DNA of 64,000 nucleotides from an uncultured Nitrospiraceae bacterium (lineage in GTDB: Bacteria; Nitrospirota; Thermodesulfovibrionia; Thermodesulfovibrionales; UBA6898), in contig CAWEQH010000008.1 in NCBI GenBank assembly GCA_963811165.1, positions 384,001 to 448,000 on the forward strand, given 5' to 3'. Shown in pieces: positions 51,143-60,992 of this stretch. The position numbers were made by a program, and so were the translations under genes. Position 1 is the first letter of the stretch. Each line of letters starts with the position of its first letter. The notes beneath the pieces are model-generated. The model saw nothing but the letters and a program-made list of their open reading frames with translations, made no database searches and was not told the origin of the DNA.

Positions 51143-53773
51143 TCAGTTTCTTGATGAAGGATTGGGGCCCTTCACGTAACGGTTATATACGTACCTCTTT
51201 TCGTCCTCTTCGGTCTTGAGGTTCCCCCTCAGTCTTTCGTCCAAAAGTTCCGTGAGTATCCTTGAATAAAGCGGTCCCTGAGGGATCCCGAGTTTCTTCA
51301 GGTCCCGGCCCTTCAGAAACGGCTTCGTCTTTCTCAGTTCGACGAGGAACTGGGATATCTCCTTTTTCTTACGCGTATCTTTCGTCATGGCCATAGAAAA
51401 GAGTATTGTCTCGATCTCCCTGGGCAACATGAGATGGTAGAGACGAACAGGATCGTTCAGCGGAAGCTTCCCGCGTATCTCCGCGGATCCCGCAATGCTC
51501 TTTTGGATGGTCTCCTGCATTTGAGGGGGCGGGGCCAGCCTCCGGAGGGCCTCTGTCCTTTGAGCGTCGTCGAGGTTCGAAAGGAGGGTGATGAGGTAGA
51601 GGACCCCTTTGTCCACTTTTTCGTCCAGGAACAGGAGGGCATACCATGCGAGGGTCTCATACATCGAAGAGAGGGCCGACTCGAGTTTCTCGTCGAAGAC
51701 CAGGTCCTTCTGTATGACCTTCAGGAGACCGTAGTCGGAAAGCCTCTTGAGGGTTTTTACAGGGTTCGTCTCGCTGAAGGCGATGACGAGTTCGTCGAAG
51801 AGTCTCGACCCCGAGAGCCGCTCAAACAGGTTCATCTGGATTGCGGACTTGATCAGGTTTTCGGAATGCCTGCTGAGTTTAAACCCGAACCTCTCTGAAA
51901 AACGCACTGCGCGGAAGGCCCTTGTCGGGTCCTCGACGTAACTGAGGTTATGGAGGACCCTTATCGTCTTTTCCCTGAGGTCTCGCTGCCCCCCGAAGAA
52001 ATCTATCAGCAGGCCGAAGTCCCTGGCGTTGAGTTTTATCGCGAGGGTGTTGATCGTGAAGTCCCTCCGGTAAAGGTCTTTCTTGATCGAAGACATCTCG
52101 ACCTTGGGAAGCGCTGCAGGCGATTCGTAATACTCTGTCCTGGCGGTGGCGACGTCAAGCTTGAGATCGTCAAGGATGATGTTGGCGGTGCCGAACCGGT
52201 GGTGGACCCTGGCCTTCGCCTGTAACCGCTCTGCAAGCTCCTTTGCGAAACGGATGCCGTCTCCTTCGATTACGAGGTCTATGTCGAGGTTCGCCTGCCC
52301 CAGGAGAAGGTCCCTTACCGACCCGCCAACAAGATAGGCGTTGGCCCCCATCTCCTCGGCCACCTTTCCGGCAAGCACGAGGATCCGGTGCACTTCATCG
52401 GGGAAGCGCTCCCTGAGCCATGTTGAAAGGTTCCTGCCTGTCTGGGACCTCTCGTGAGTGCCTTCCTTGTCAAGATGCTTCTTTCTCAGGAAGTCCTCGT
52501 AGATCACCCTCAGGAGGTCTGTTCTGGTTATGGCGCCGATGATGTTTTCCGCCTCTATCACAGGCATAAACCTCTGGTTCTGCTCTATCATGATCGTCTC
52601 GATGTCCCTGATAGGTGTCTCTCTGCCGACGGTTATCGAATCGGAGGTGGAAAACTCTATACATTTGTTCTTCTTAAAACCGTGGAAGAGGGCCTTCTCG
52701 ACGATCTCCCGGGAGATCAACCCCGCGTATCCGCCGTCTCTGAGTATAGGCAGCACATTGACCCCGTATCTGGTCATCGTGTCGGCCGCCTCTCTGATGG
52801 TGCTGTCCCATTGCGTGGTGATGACGGGGCTTGTCATGACGTCGGAGGCGACTTTGCCGGGCTTGATGTGTCTGTCGAGGAGCGCTCCGACCTTCTCGGC
52901 CGCTATCTCTAAGGAGGCCTCCTTTATCGTTGCAGACGCTGCGGTCGGGTGTCCGCCCCCGCCGAATTCCTTCATCAGCTCTGCCACATCAAGCTCCGGC
53001 GCCCTTGATCGGGCCACCAGCAGTATCTTGCCTTCCATCTCAAGGATGACGACCACGGCGTCGATATCTTCCATCTCCATTACCCTGTGGGCCAGATGGG
53101 CGGCGTCGCCGACGTAGGACTCCCTCGATGCCTTGGCAACCAGGACCCTCAGCCCTCTTAGGACGATCTCAGTCGACGACGTGACGAGTTCGTTGAGGAG
53201 GTCCAGTTCCTGTCTGTTGAGGTCCATCTTGATATAGCTTGATACGATGTTCAGGTTTGCGCCCCTTGTCAAAAGATACGCCGATGCAAGCATGTCTCTT
53301 GGGGTCGTTGTCGGAAAAAGAAGGGAACCTGTTTCCTCGTATATGCCCAAGGCCAAGACGGTGGCCTCCATGGCCGTAGGATGGATCTTCCCTTCCTTGA
53401 GCAGTTCCACAAATATCGTCGCGGTGGCGCCGACCTCTTCGACCTTCTCCTGGTCGCCACGTATGTCGTTTTCCCCGAAAGGGTGGTGGTCGTAGATATG
53501 GACTTTCATCTCCTTTCGGGAAAGCAGCGCCGCAAGGGGCCCGAGCCTGTCGGCACGTTTTGCATCGACGATGATAAGGTGGGTGACCTTTGTAAGGTCC
53601 ACGTCCCTGAGGCGCCTGATGTCTGCAGGGTGGAATACTTCGAGGAAGTCCCTCACCTTTCGTTCCTGGGAGCCAGGGAAGACCATTTCCGCGTCGGGGT
53701 ATAGCTTCTTGGCGGCCATCATCGAGGCCAGGGCATCGAAGTCTGCGTTTATGTGGGACGTGATGATTTTCAC
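51143..53773 (-). CDS. DHH/CBS-domain tRNA nucleotidyltransferase (A-adding type)
   Basis: HINADFDA, DHH, GGGGHP, CBS pair, VGGSVRD, DIDLV, RRDFTIN, EDPTRAFRA. Confidence 0.9.
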   Translation of the reverse strand: MKIITSHINADFDALASMMAAKKLYPDAEMVFPGSQERKVRDFLEVFHPADIRRLRDVDLTKVTHLIIVDAKRADRLGPLAALLSRKEMKVHIYDHHPFGENDIRGDQEKVEEVGATATIFVELLKEGKIHPTAMEATVLALGIYEETGSLLFPTTTPRDMLASAYLLTRGANLNIVSSYIKMDLNRQELDLLNELVTSSTEIVLRGLRVLVAKASRESYVGDAAHLAHRVMEMEDIDAVVVILEMEGKILLVARSRAPELDVAELMKEFGGGGHPTAASATIKEASLEIAAEKVGALLDRHIKPGKVASDVMTSPVITTQWDSTIREAADTMTRYGVNVLPILRDGGYAGLISREIVEKALFHGFKKNKCIEFSTSDSITVGRETPIRDIETIMIEQNQRFMPVIEAENIIGAITRTDLLRVIYEDFLRKKHLDKEGTHERSQTGRNLSTWLRERFPDEVHRILVLAGKVAEEMGANAYLVGGSVRDLLLGQANLDIDLVIEGDGIRFAKELAERLQAKARVHHRFGTANIILDDLKLDVATARTEYYESPAALPKVEMSSIKKDLYRRDFTINTLAIKLNARDFGLLIDFFGGQRDLREKTIRVLHNLSYVEDPTRAFRAVRFSERFGFKLSRHSENLIKSAIQMNLFERLSGSRLFDELVIAFSETNPVKTLKRLSDYGLLKVIQKDLVFDEKLESALSSMYETLAWYALLFLDEKVDKGVLYLITLLSNLDDAQRTEALRRLAPPPQMQETIQKSIAGSAEIRGKLPLNDPVRLYHLMLPREIETILFSMAMTKDTRKKKEISQFLVELRKTKPFLKGRDLKKLGIPQGPLYSRILTELLDERLRGNLKTEEDEKRYVYNRYVKGPNPSSRN

Positions 53774-53847
53774 AGGATCTCCCCGTGCATACCCGGCTAG
53801 TGGCCCTGCATGCCCGGCCTATCGTAAATTGTACCCTGCATGCCCGG

Positions 53848-55287
53848 CTACTTTCTGAAAGTCGCTACTCTGTTTCTGCCGCTGTTTTTGGCGACAAAGA
53901 GGGCCTGGTCGGCGAATGAGATGAGATCGTCGTGGGTCCTGATCCGGTCGTGGGGAGATGCCGCGACCCCTAAACTTATGGTGAGCCCTTCCTTTTTTTT
54001 GAGGTACCTGAAGGCATGGGTTTCGACTATTTTCCTTATCCTCTCGGCCTCGGACATCGCGCCATCGTGAGAGGTCTGCGGCAGGAGGATAATGAACTCT
54101 TCCCCGCCGTAGCGGGCAAGCACGTCGCTCTTTCGGGATTGCTTCTTCAGGAGCTGTGCGAATTCCTTGAGGACCTGGTCGCCTGCTTTATGTCCGAACC
54201 TGTCGTTGATCTTTTTGAAGTGGTCGATGTCGAGCATGAGGCAGCTTATGGGAACGGCATATCTCTGAGAACGGCTGAATTCCTCGATGATCCGGTGGTA
54301 GAAATATCTGATGTTATATATCCCCGTGAGGAAATCCGTCAGGGACAATTTTTCGAGCCGTGACTTTTCGTCCTCGACCTGCTCAAAGAGAAAGGCGTTG
54401 TTAAGGGCGTTTGCCGATGCGTTTGCTACTGTGTTGAGGAGCCTGATCTCGCTTTCATTGAAGGCATGTTCGGCCCTCGATGTCCGGAGGAATAGCGTCC
54501 CTATCACGTTGTCCCTGAACAGTATCGGGATGACGAGGATCGAGCGTATGCCAAGCGGCGAGATGATATGTTTTACGCTTTTCATAAGCGGGTCCGTCTC
54601 TATGTTTTTTATCTCTACGGGCCTCCTTGAGGTGAGGGCCTCGACGATCTCCGGGTATTTCCTGAGATTCAGCTTTATCCCTGATACGCGGGGGTCCTCG
54701 AAGCTTGCGACGACGAACGCGGAGGTGTGGGTCCAGTCGACCCTTATTACGGAGCAGCGGGTCACCGGCATAATTTCCGCGATTTTTGAGACGATCTTAA
54801 ACAGGAGTTCCTTCGGATCAAGGGTTGAAGAGAGGAGTTGGGTCAGGGTCTGGACCGCCTCGAGTTCCTTTACCTCCCTGCCCAGGTTTTCGATCATTTC
54901 CCTTTCGAGGATGACCGATTCAAGTTTGCTTTGAAGGTCCTTTTCAATATAAGGTCTGTAAAGATAAGCCCTGACGTTGTGGGCTATGGCGTTCTCTATG
55001 CCCTTCTTGGCGTTGCCCGCAATGATCGATATCGAGGGGAGCCCCGCCGTCGCGGCCGCAACCGCGCCGAGAAGGGAACCTTCAACGATAACGACAGACG
55101 GAGGGCTCTTTCGTACGTAATCGAGGAAGGCGTCGGGTTTTTCGAAATAACGCGGCTTATAGGTCTTGTAGTTACCGAAAAAGGTCTTCAAAAAATCGAG
55201 GGTACCGCTGCTTCGTGCGAGTATGACAGCTGTTTCTTTCTGTTTCATCCCCTCTTTCTCCCTCTTTGACGTATGATAGTTTCTCAT
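53848..55287 (-). CDS. receiver-like + GAF + GGDEF diguanylate cyclase
   Basis: GAF region; DIDHFK, RKSD I-site, RYGGEEF, AKNSGRN. Confidence 0.9.
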   Translation of the reverse strand: MRNYHTSKREKEGMKQKETAVILARSSGTLDFLKTFFGNYKTYKPRYFEKPDAFLDYVRKSPPSVVIVEGSLLGAVAAATAGLPSISIIAGNAKKGIENAIAHNVRAYLYRPYIEKDLQSKLESVILEREMIENLGREVKELEAVQTLTQLLSSTLDPKELLFKIVSKIAEIMPVTRCSVIRVDWTHTSAFVVASFEDPRVSGIKLNLRKYPEIVEALTSRRPVEIKNIETDPLMKSVKHIISPLGIRSILVIPILFRDNVIGTLFLRTSRAEHAFNESEIRLLNTVANASANALNNAFLFEQVEDEKSRLEKLSLTDFLTGIYNIRYFYHRIIEEFSRSQRYAVPISCLMLDIDHFKKINDRFGHKAGDQVLKEFAQLLKKQSRKSDVLARYGGEEFIILLPQTSHDGAMSEAERIRKIVETHAFRYLKKKEGLTISLGVAASPHDRIRTHDDLISFADQALFVAKNSGRNRVATFRK

Positions 55288-55420
55288 ATTATTGGCATTT
55301 CCGCACTAAGAGTCAATCTTCGCAACCGGTTTATCCATTGAGACCGCAGGCGTGGGGGCGCGATTAATCACGCCCTTCCAATTCTGATGCCTTCCTCATG
55401 CAAAGTCGCAGATCGTTCGT

Positions 55421-55449
55421 TTGACACCCGACCGCCGATTTCATATACT
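55421..55449 (+). promoter_or_regulatory. sigma70 promoter, leaderless
   Basis: TTGACA-17 nt-TATACT, ATG 6 nt downstream, no SD. Confidence 0.75.
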
Positions 55450-55455
55450 TCAACT

Positions 55456-55872
55456 ATGCTTAGGATCGCGGTGATAGACGGCCAGGGAGGCGGCATAGGC
55501 AATCTTATCGTCAAGAGGCTCAGGGAGGAATTCAAGGACACGGTCGAGATAATCGCCCTCGGCACCAACGCGGCAGCGACTACGTCGATGATGAAATCCA
55601 GGGCGAACAAGGGCGCCACGGGGGAAAATGCGATCGTCTGGAATTCCGAACGTGTCGACGTGATCGTCGGCCCCCTCAGCGTGGCCCTGCCCGATGCGAT
55701 GCTCGGGGAGGTGACCGCGAAGATGGCCTCGGCCGTCGTGTCGTCCAAGGCCAGAACGATCCTCCTTCCTTTAAACCAGGAGGAGATCGAGATTGCGGGG
55801 GTGGACAAAGAGCCGCTCCCCCATTTGATAGAACATATGATCGCAAGCATAAAGGAGACAGAACATGTGTGA
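55456..55872 (+). CDS. DUF3842 family protein
   Basis: IAVIDGQGGGIG, ALGTNAAAT..M, GATGENA, MLGEVT. Confidence 0.88.
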   Translation: MLRIAVIDGQGGGIGNLIVKRLREEFKDTVEIIALGTNAAATTSMMKSRANKGATGENAIVWNSERVDVIVGPLSVALPDAMLGEVTAKMASAVVSSKARTILLPLNQEEIEIAGVDKEPLPHLIEHMIASIKETEHV

Positions 55873-56053
55873 GGCAAACGCGTATATTAGCAGGGACGGC
55901 AACGAGGAACTCTATCTGGAAAACGTGGACGTGATGAGGCCGGAGGAGGGGAAGATCTTTCTTAAGAACCTGTTTGGCGAACAGAAGGTCTTTGAAGGGC
56001 AGATAAAGGAGATCTCGCTTCTCAGGCACAGGATAGTGCTAGAAAAAAAGTGA
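55865..56053 (+). CDS. CooT family nickel-binding protein
   Basis: MCEANAY...LENVD...NLFGEQK...HRIVL. Confidence 0.85.
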   Translation: MCEANAYISRDGNEELYLENVDVMRPEEGKIFLKNLFGEQKVFEGQIKEISLLRHRIVLEKK

Positions 56054-56106
56054 GCCGGGGCCGATGTAGTGCCTCCCGCAAGGGGTGAGGCAATGCAGGG
56101 CCGCCG

Positions 56107-56670
56107 ATGTCGGGGAATGGGATGGATATGAATGATCTGATAAAGTGCATTTTTGATAAAATGCCCGCCGGGGTGATCGTCCTTGACAAACGTCTGCAGG
56201 TCATCTTGTCCAATAAATGGGCGGTCCTCTTTATGAAGCGCTATCCTCTCCCCGATGAAATTACCGACCTCGGCAGAAGGATCTTCGATGCAATCAAGAC
56301 TTCCCGGCTTGGTGAGCTGTTCCCGGGCGAGATCTATTTCTATAAAAAGATCGAAGGCTCCCCGAGCAAGTGGACTTTCAAGTTCGACGTCTGTGAGTGT
56401 CCCGAGACTCTGGTGAGCGTTTTTATCACCGAGGAGTCTATTTCGAATAAGATCGATTTGCTTAAGGTGAGGCGCCATTTCAAACTGACACGCAGGGAGA
56501 CGGACGTCCTCAGACGCGTGCTTAACGGTTTTAAAAATACCGACATTGCAGAGGACCTCGATATAACAGAGCAGACCGTGAAAGACCATCTAAGCAACAT
56601 CTACATGAAACTCGGGGTTGAAAACAGGTTTGGGCTTGCCCAGTTCCTGCTGAATTTCCCTGAATCCTGA
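56107..56670 (+). CDS. LuxR-family HTH regulator with PAS-like N-terminus
   Basis: LTRRETDV...GFKNTDIAEDLDITEQTVKDHLSNIYMKLGV. Confidence 0.85.
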   Translation: MSGNGMDMNDLIKCIFDKMPAGVIVLDKRLQVILSNKWAVLFMKRYPLPDEITDLGRRIFDAIKTSRLGELFPGEIYFYKKIEGSPSKWTFKFDVCECPETLVSVFITEESISNKIDLLKVRRHFKLTRRETDVLRRVLNGFKNTDIAEDLDITEQTVKDHLSNIYMKLGVENRFGLAQFLLNFPES

Positions 56671-56709
56671 AAAGGCAACCGAGGAAAAGACAAGGGCCTG
56701 TAAATCGGT

Positions 56710-57525
56710 GTGAATGTGTCTAAAAACAAAGGGATGATAGATATCCACTGCCATATCCTCCCTGGCATGGATGACGGCCCCGGGTCTCTTCGTGAGGCCC
56801 TCGATATGTGCCGCGCTGCGGCTGCGGACGGCATAAAGACGATAGTCGCCACCCCGCACTTTAAGCACGGCACGTACGAATTCACGGACCGGATGGTCCT
56901 CGATTCGGTAAATATCCTTCAGACTGCGGCAAGGGGCGAGGGGCTCGACCTGCGCATCCTGGCGGGCGCCGAGATCTCTGTCTCCCCGGAGATGCCGGCT
57001 TATCTTACAAGGGGGAGGCATCTGACGATAAATAATAACGGCAGATATTTCCTCGCCGAGTTCCCGCCGCTTTCCGTCCCCCCAAACTGGGAAGGGTTCC
57101 TGCTCTCTCTTATATCTTTAGGCTTTGTGCCGATAATCGCCCATCCCGAGAGAAACGACTGGTTTATGAACCATCCTGATACACTTGTTTCCGCGGTAGA
57201 CCGGGGCCTAATGGTCCAGATCACTGCGATGAGCATCGTAGGCGGTTTCGGCCTTGAAGTGAGGGATTTTAGCGATTATCTCCTCACGCATAACCTTGTC
57301 CACGCGATAGCATCCGACGCACACTCGCCGGACTTCAGGCGGCCGGCATTGTCCGAGGCGGTGCGCATCACCGCAGACCTTGTCGGCGCGGAAAGGGCAG
57401 AGGCGCTGGTAACTACCGTCCCCGAGGCGATCATCACAGGCAGAGATATTCCGGCCCTGGGACCTGTCGGATATGCGCCCCCCGAGACGCAAAAAAGAAA
57501 GTGGTTCACGAGATTGTTTCGGTGA
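56710..57525 (+). CDS. CpsB/CapC family PHP tyrosine phosphatase
   Basis: IDIHCHILPGMDDG, ATPH, IAHPERN, ASDAH. Confidence 0.92.
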   Translation: MNVSKNKGMIDIHCHILPGMDDGPGSLREALDMCRAAAADGIKTIVATPHFKHGTYEFTDRMVLDSVNILQTAARGEGLDLRILAGAEISVSPEMPAYLTRGRHLTINNNGRYFLAEFPPLSVPPNWEGFLLSLISLGFVPIIAHPERNDWFMNHPDTLVSAVDRGLMVQITAMSIVGGFGLEVRDFSDYLLTHNLVHAIASDAHSPDFRRPALSEAVRITADLVGAERAEALVTTVPEAIITGRDIPALGPVGYAPPETQKRKWFTRLFR

Positions 57526-57602
57526 GGGAAACGAGACGTAGGCTGGCAAGCCGGTCTGAGGATTGCTTCATGTTCGATAAGAGTATGGTAAAGGCATAAT
57601 AA

Positions 57603-59093
57603 GTGACCAGGCCCCTCTTTCAAAAAAGAAGTCTGATATGCCTCCTCCTTCTCGCCGTCTTTTCGCTTTCCTCCCCCTTGACTTTCGCCGCCGTGCCGAG
57701 GAAATTGCCGCTTAGGATCATTATCGTCAGGGGCCCTTCCGAGGCCAAAGACATTCTCTCAAAGCTCCATAAGGGCGCCTCCTTTGCGAAGCTGGCCTCT
57801 GAGAGGTCCCGCGACAAACGCAGCGGAAAGAGCGGGGACTTAGGGACAGTCGATATCTCGCGCCTCGAGCCGCCTTTAAGGAAGGCGGTGGCCACGATGA
57901 ACGAAGGCGACATAAGCGGTGCGATAAGACTTGGGAAGAACAAGTATGCGATCGTCCAGGTGATGGACTTCTCCCATTACAGAAAAGGCGCGGCCGCCTT
58001 TAGGGCGGGGGACTTTGACTCTGCCCGGGCAGACCTCCGGGAGCATATACGACAGAACCCCGATGCGGCAAAGGCGAGGATCATGCTGGGGGAGATCTAT
58101 GAGCAGAACAAGGATTTCGATAAGGCCGAGGCCGAATATAAAGATGTCATTTCCTACGACCCTAAGAGCTGGATCGCCTATGTGCGTCTTGGGAAACTCT
58201 ATATGCAAAATGCCCAATACCAAAAGGCCAGGGACATTTACGCCCAGGGCCTGAAGTATATCCCGAAGGCGGAAGGTTTCAGGACGGGAATGAAAGAGGC
58301 CGAGGCGCGTCTTGCCGGGGCCCCCGAGCCTGGGGCCGAAGCGCAGCCGGCGGCAACCCCGCCCGTGCCGCAGGCGGAGGCAAAGGCCTCACCCGCCGCA
58401 AAGCCCGACCGTACGCCTCTGCATAGGCCCGGCGACGAGAGGATCATGCATTTGAGGATGATTGTCCTTGGCAGTGAGGCCGCTGCGGAAGAGGTCCTTT
58501 CGGACTTAAAAAAAGGGAGGTCCTTCGTTTCGGTCGTCCGGGAAAAATCCATCGATGAAAAGAACCGGGCTGAGTGGGGGTATTTAGGCGAGGTGAATCT
58601 TGCCTCCCTGGACGGGCCGATAAGGGAAGCCGTTCGTAATCTGAAGGTCGGGCAGACGAGCCGGCCGATAGAACTCGACGAAGGGCGTTACGCGATCTTT
58701 CAGTCGACCGATTACCATTTCTTTAAGGAGGGGGAGAATGCGTTTATCGGTGAGGATTTCAAGACCGCGGAAAAGAAATTGCTTAAGCACCTCGAACTAA
58801 ACGAAGACGATGCCGGGGCCTATCTCATGTTAGGCCACATCTATGAGGACCGAAGAAGACTTCAAAAGGCCGAAGAGATGTATAAAAAAGGCATTTTATA
58901 TCACCCAAGGACGGCCCTTCTCTACCTGAGGTTGGGCAAGCTCTATCAGATGCAGAGGCAGTTTCAGAAGTCAAAGGACATATTGGTTGAGGGCTTTAGA
59001 AATGTGCCCACTTCCGAGATGTTGGCAAAAGGCATCGAGATGGTAGACATCCTTTTGTTCAACGAAAGCCGGGAAAGCGGGAAAAAGCAGTAA
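57603..59093 (+). CDS. exported protein with two tandem PpiC(parvulin)-TPR modules
   Basis: Two GxSF..LA/V...S.D...G.LG parvulin-like units, each followed by TPRs. Confidence 0.75.
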   Translation: MTRPLFQKRSLICLLLLAVFSLSSPLTFAAVPRKLPLRIIIVRGPSEAKDILSKLHKGASFAKLASERSRDKRSGKSGDLGTVDISRLEPPLRKAVATMNEGDISGAIRLGKNKYAIVQVMDFSHYRKGAAAFRAGDFDSARADLREHIRQNPDAAKARIMLGEIYEQNKDFDKAEAEYKDVISYDPKSWIAYVRLGKLYMQNAQYQKARDIYAQGLKYIPKAEGFRTGMKEAEARLAGAPEPGAEAQPAATPPVPQAEAKASPAAKPDRTPLHRPGDERIMHLRMIVLGSEAAAEEVLSDLKKGRSFVSVVREKSIDEKNRAEWGYLGEVNLASLDGPIREAVRNLKVGQTSRPIELDEGRYAIFQSTDYHFFKEGENAFIGEDFKTAEKKLLKHLELNEDDAGAYLMLGHIYEDRRRLQKAEEMYKKGILYHPRTALLYLRLGKLYQMQRQFQKSKDILVEGFRNVPTSEMLAKGIEMVDILLFNESRESGKKQ

Positions 59094-59185
59094 CAAAGAA
59101 GATGCCGGGTCTGCCCGGCATCGGACGCGAAACACCTCACTGTTACGCCCTGATCATATCTCGGATTGAAGCCGGATGAGAAAAG

Positions 59186-59214
59186 TTGCATCAACAGAAA
59201 AAATTGAGTATTAT
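59186..59214 (+). promoter_or_regulatory. sigma70 promoter of selC
   Basis: TTGCAT-17 nt-TATTAT. Confidence 0.55.
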
Positions 59215-59232
59215 CGAAGTACTCGTCTTTAG

Positions 59233-59330
59233 GGGAGTGCATCGGGTTCTGGTGTCCCGCCCGGCCTTCAAAGCCGGTGTTTCCTGCCAAAAGCGGGAAG
59301 GGTGGGTTCGATTCCCACACGCTCCCGCCA
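59233..59330 (+). tRNA. selC: tRNA-Sec (TCA)
   Basis: Anticodon arm CCGGC-cTTCAaa-GCCGG, long variable arm TTCCTGC/GCGGGAA, 8-bp acceptor stem, GGTTCGATTCC, G73, CCA. Confidence 0.93.
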
Positions 59331-59338
59331 AAATATTT

Positions 59339-59620
59339 TCATCCCAGCCTAATGCTCAACTTCTTTCCGAGCACAAGCGCAGCCTTCTCCAAAGTATTTA
59401 ACGTGACCGAGACATTTTCCGGATCCAGCAGCCTGTTCGCGGCCGTACGACTTGTCCGCATCCGATTTGCCATCTCAACCTTGGTAAACCCTTTTCTCAT
59501 CATTTCCTTTTCAATCTGGAAAGAAAGCACACGTTTCGCTGCGACTGCCCGCGCCCCCGCGAGCATGTCCTGCTCCCTAAGATAATCATCAGAATCGCTA
59601 CCGAGATGTTTGTTTTTCAT
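59339..59620 (-). CDS. XRE/HigA-like HTH antitoxin (orphan)
   Basis: KHLGSD.DDYL...AKRVL.FQI...MA.RM.TSR...NRLLDPEN.SVTL.TL; SD GGAGG. Confidence 0.8.
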   Translation of the reverse strand: MKNKHLGSDSDDYLREQDMLAGARAVAAKRVLSFQIEKEMMRKGFTKVEMANRMRTSRTAANRLLDPENVSVTLNTLEKAALVLGKKLSIRLG

Positions 59621-59897
59621 GTTAACCTCCAAGGACATTCCTCAATCTCCGCTTGACCACACATTTCACGTTGAAAGAAGAATCAGAAATTTTGGAAATT
59701 CTAAAATATGCTGAATGAAAGATGAGTTTGACGACAGGGAATGGAAGTGCTATAAGGTAATTAAGAGGGAATACCGATAAAGCCAAACCTCCGTGAGAAG
59801 GGGACAGAAAGCAGGGGTATGAGAAGAAGATGGCCAGACTGCCGAGGGATGAAATATCGGCATCCTCTTCTTCTCTGGCAATAGAGAACGTGATTTT

Positions 59898-60365
59898 ATG
59901 AAAAAAAAATTCCTCATTTTTTCTTTATTCTTCGCTTTTATAACTGGTTGTGCTGCACAGACCATTGATAGAGGCATCTCGCTGACTGGGCATGAACCAT
60001 TTGAAGTAGCACCTGTCTTAGATGAAACGGGAAAGACATTTAATATTGATGTTGCTGCCGAGTTAACCAGGCACATACAGTCATCATTATCAGAAAGAGG
60101 ATTTAGTGTGACGGACACATCGGAAAATGCAATTATTGTAAAGAGCAGCTTAATCTCATATGATACAGGAAGCACTGGGGCCTATTGCATGGTCAAAAGC
60201 AAATTGATTGACAAAATAACTCAGAAAGTCTTGAGTGAAATTGTGACTACCAAGAGGATATCTGTCGGAGGACTGTCGTCAATAGGGTTGGACATCGATC
60301 ATGCAATTTTAGAGGAGGTCGCTAATGATATTGTCTTTGAAGTTGAGAGAAGAAGTAACAGGTGA
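59898..60365 (+). CDS. hypothetical lipoprotein
   Basis: Lipobox FITGC. Confidence 0.7.
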   Translation: MKKKFLIFSLFFAFITGCAAQTIDRGISLTGHEPFEVAPVLDETGKTFNIDVAAELTRHIQSSLSERGFSVTDTSENAIIVKSSLISYDTGSTGAYCMVKSKLIDKITQKVLSEIVTTKRISVGGLSSIGLDIDHAILEEVANDIVFEVERRSNR

Positions 60366-60410
60366 ATGACTGATCGACATGGTAATTTTCTGGCTCGTTT
60401 TTAATTCGAC

Positions 60411-60992
60411 CTAAAAAGGCTGATTCTGAGTGGAGCATCGAATCCTGTCGCCAAAAAAGGCACAGTTGCTGCTTGAGAATTGCGGACCAGCCGCATTTAA
60501 CTGTCTTCGGAGGTCGTTGACATAGCCCAAGAACAAACTATCACGGTAAGTGAAAAAGAGTACCGCTTCATTGTTTTCATAAACGTTCACTCCGGAGAGC
60601 ATCTTAGAGCGTCTGTCTTCTTCCTGAGCAAGAAGGGCAGTGAGTTGGTGATATTTGTCCTCAAATTGTTCCTTCGTTATTGTACCTTCTTCAAAGATCA
60701 TCGAAACCTTGATCATTTCGTTTGCAAAATAGAGGAAATCGTCCAAGTCGGGTCTCAGCTCGATAGTATTTCGATAAAACTGTTTCCAATATTCGCTATT
60801 CTTTAGTGTCCCTCCATCCACCCTGTTTTTTTCAGAATTCGCCCAGGCCAGGATTTGTTTTTTCCTTTCCTCCAATGACGGGTGAAGGGTCCATCTTTCC
60901 GTCCCAACAATCACACTACAGCTGCATAAACTACTTAGCAGAATAAGCAAGAGAACAGCTTCTCTCCAAATCTTGTATCTTTTGAGTTTCAA
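60411..60992 (-). CDS. hypothetical lipoprotein
   Basis: Hydrophobic N-terminus with LCSC lipobox-like motif; TTG start. Confidence 0.6.
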   Translation of the reverse strand: MKLKRYKIWREAVLLLILLSSLCSCSVIVGTERWTLHPSLEERKKQILAWANSEKNRVDGGTLKNSEYWKQFYRNTIELRPDLDDFLYFANEMIKVSMIFEEGTITKEQFEDKYHQLTALLAQEEDRRSKMLSGVNVYENNEAVLFFTYRDSLFLGYVNDLRRQLNAAGPQFSSSNCAFFGDRIRCSTQNQPF

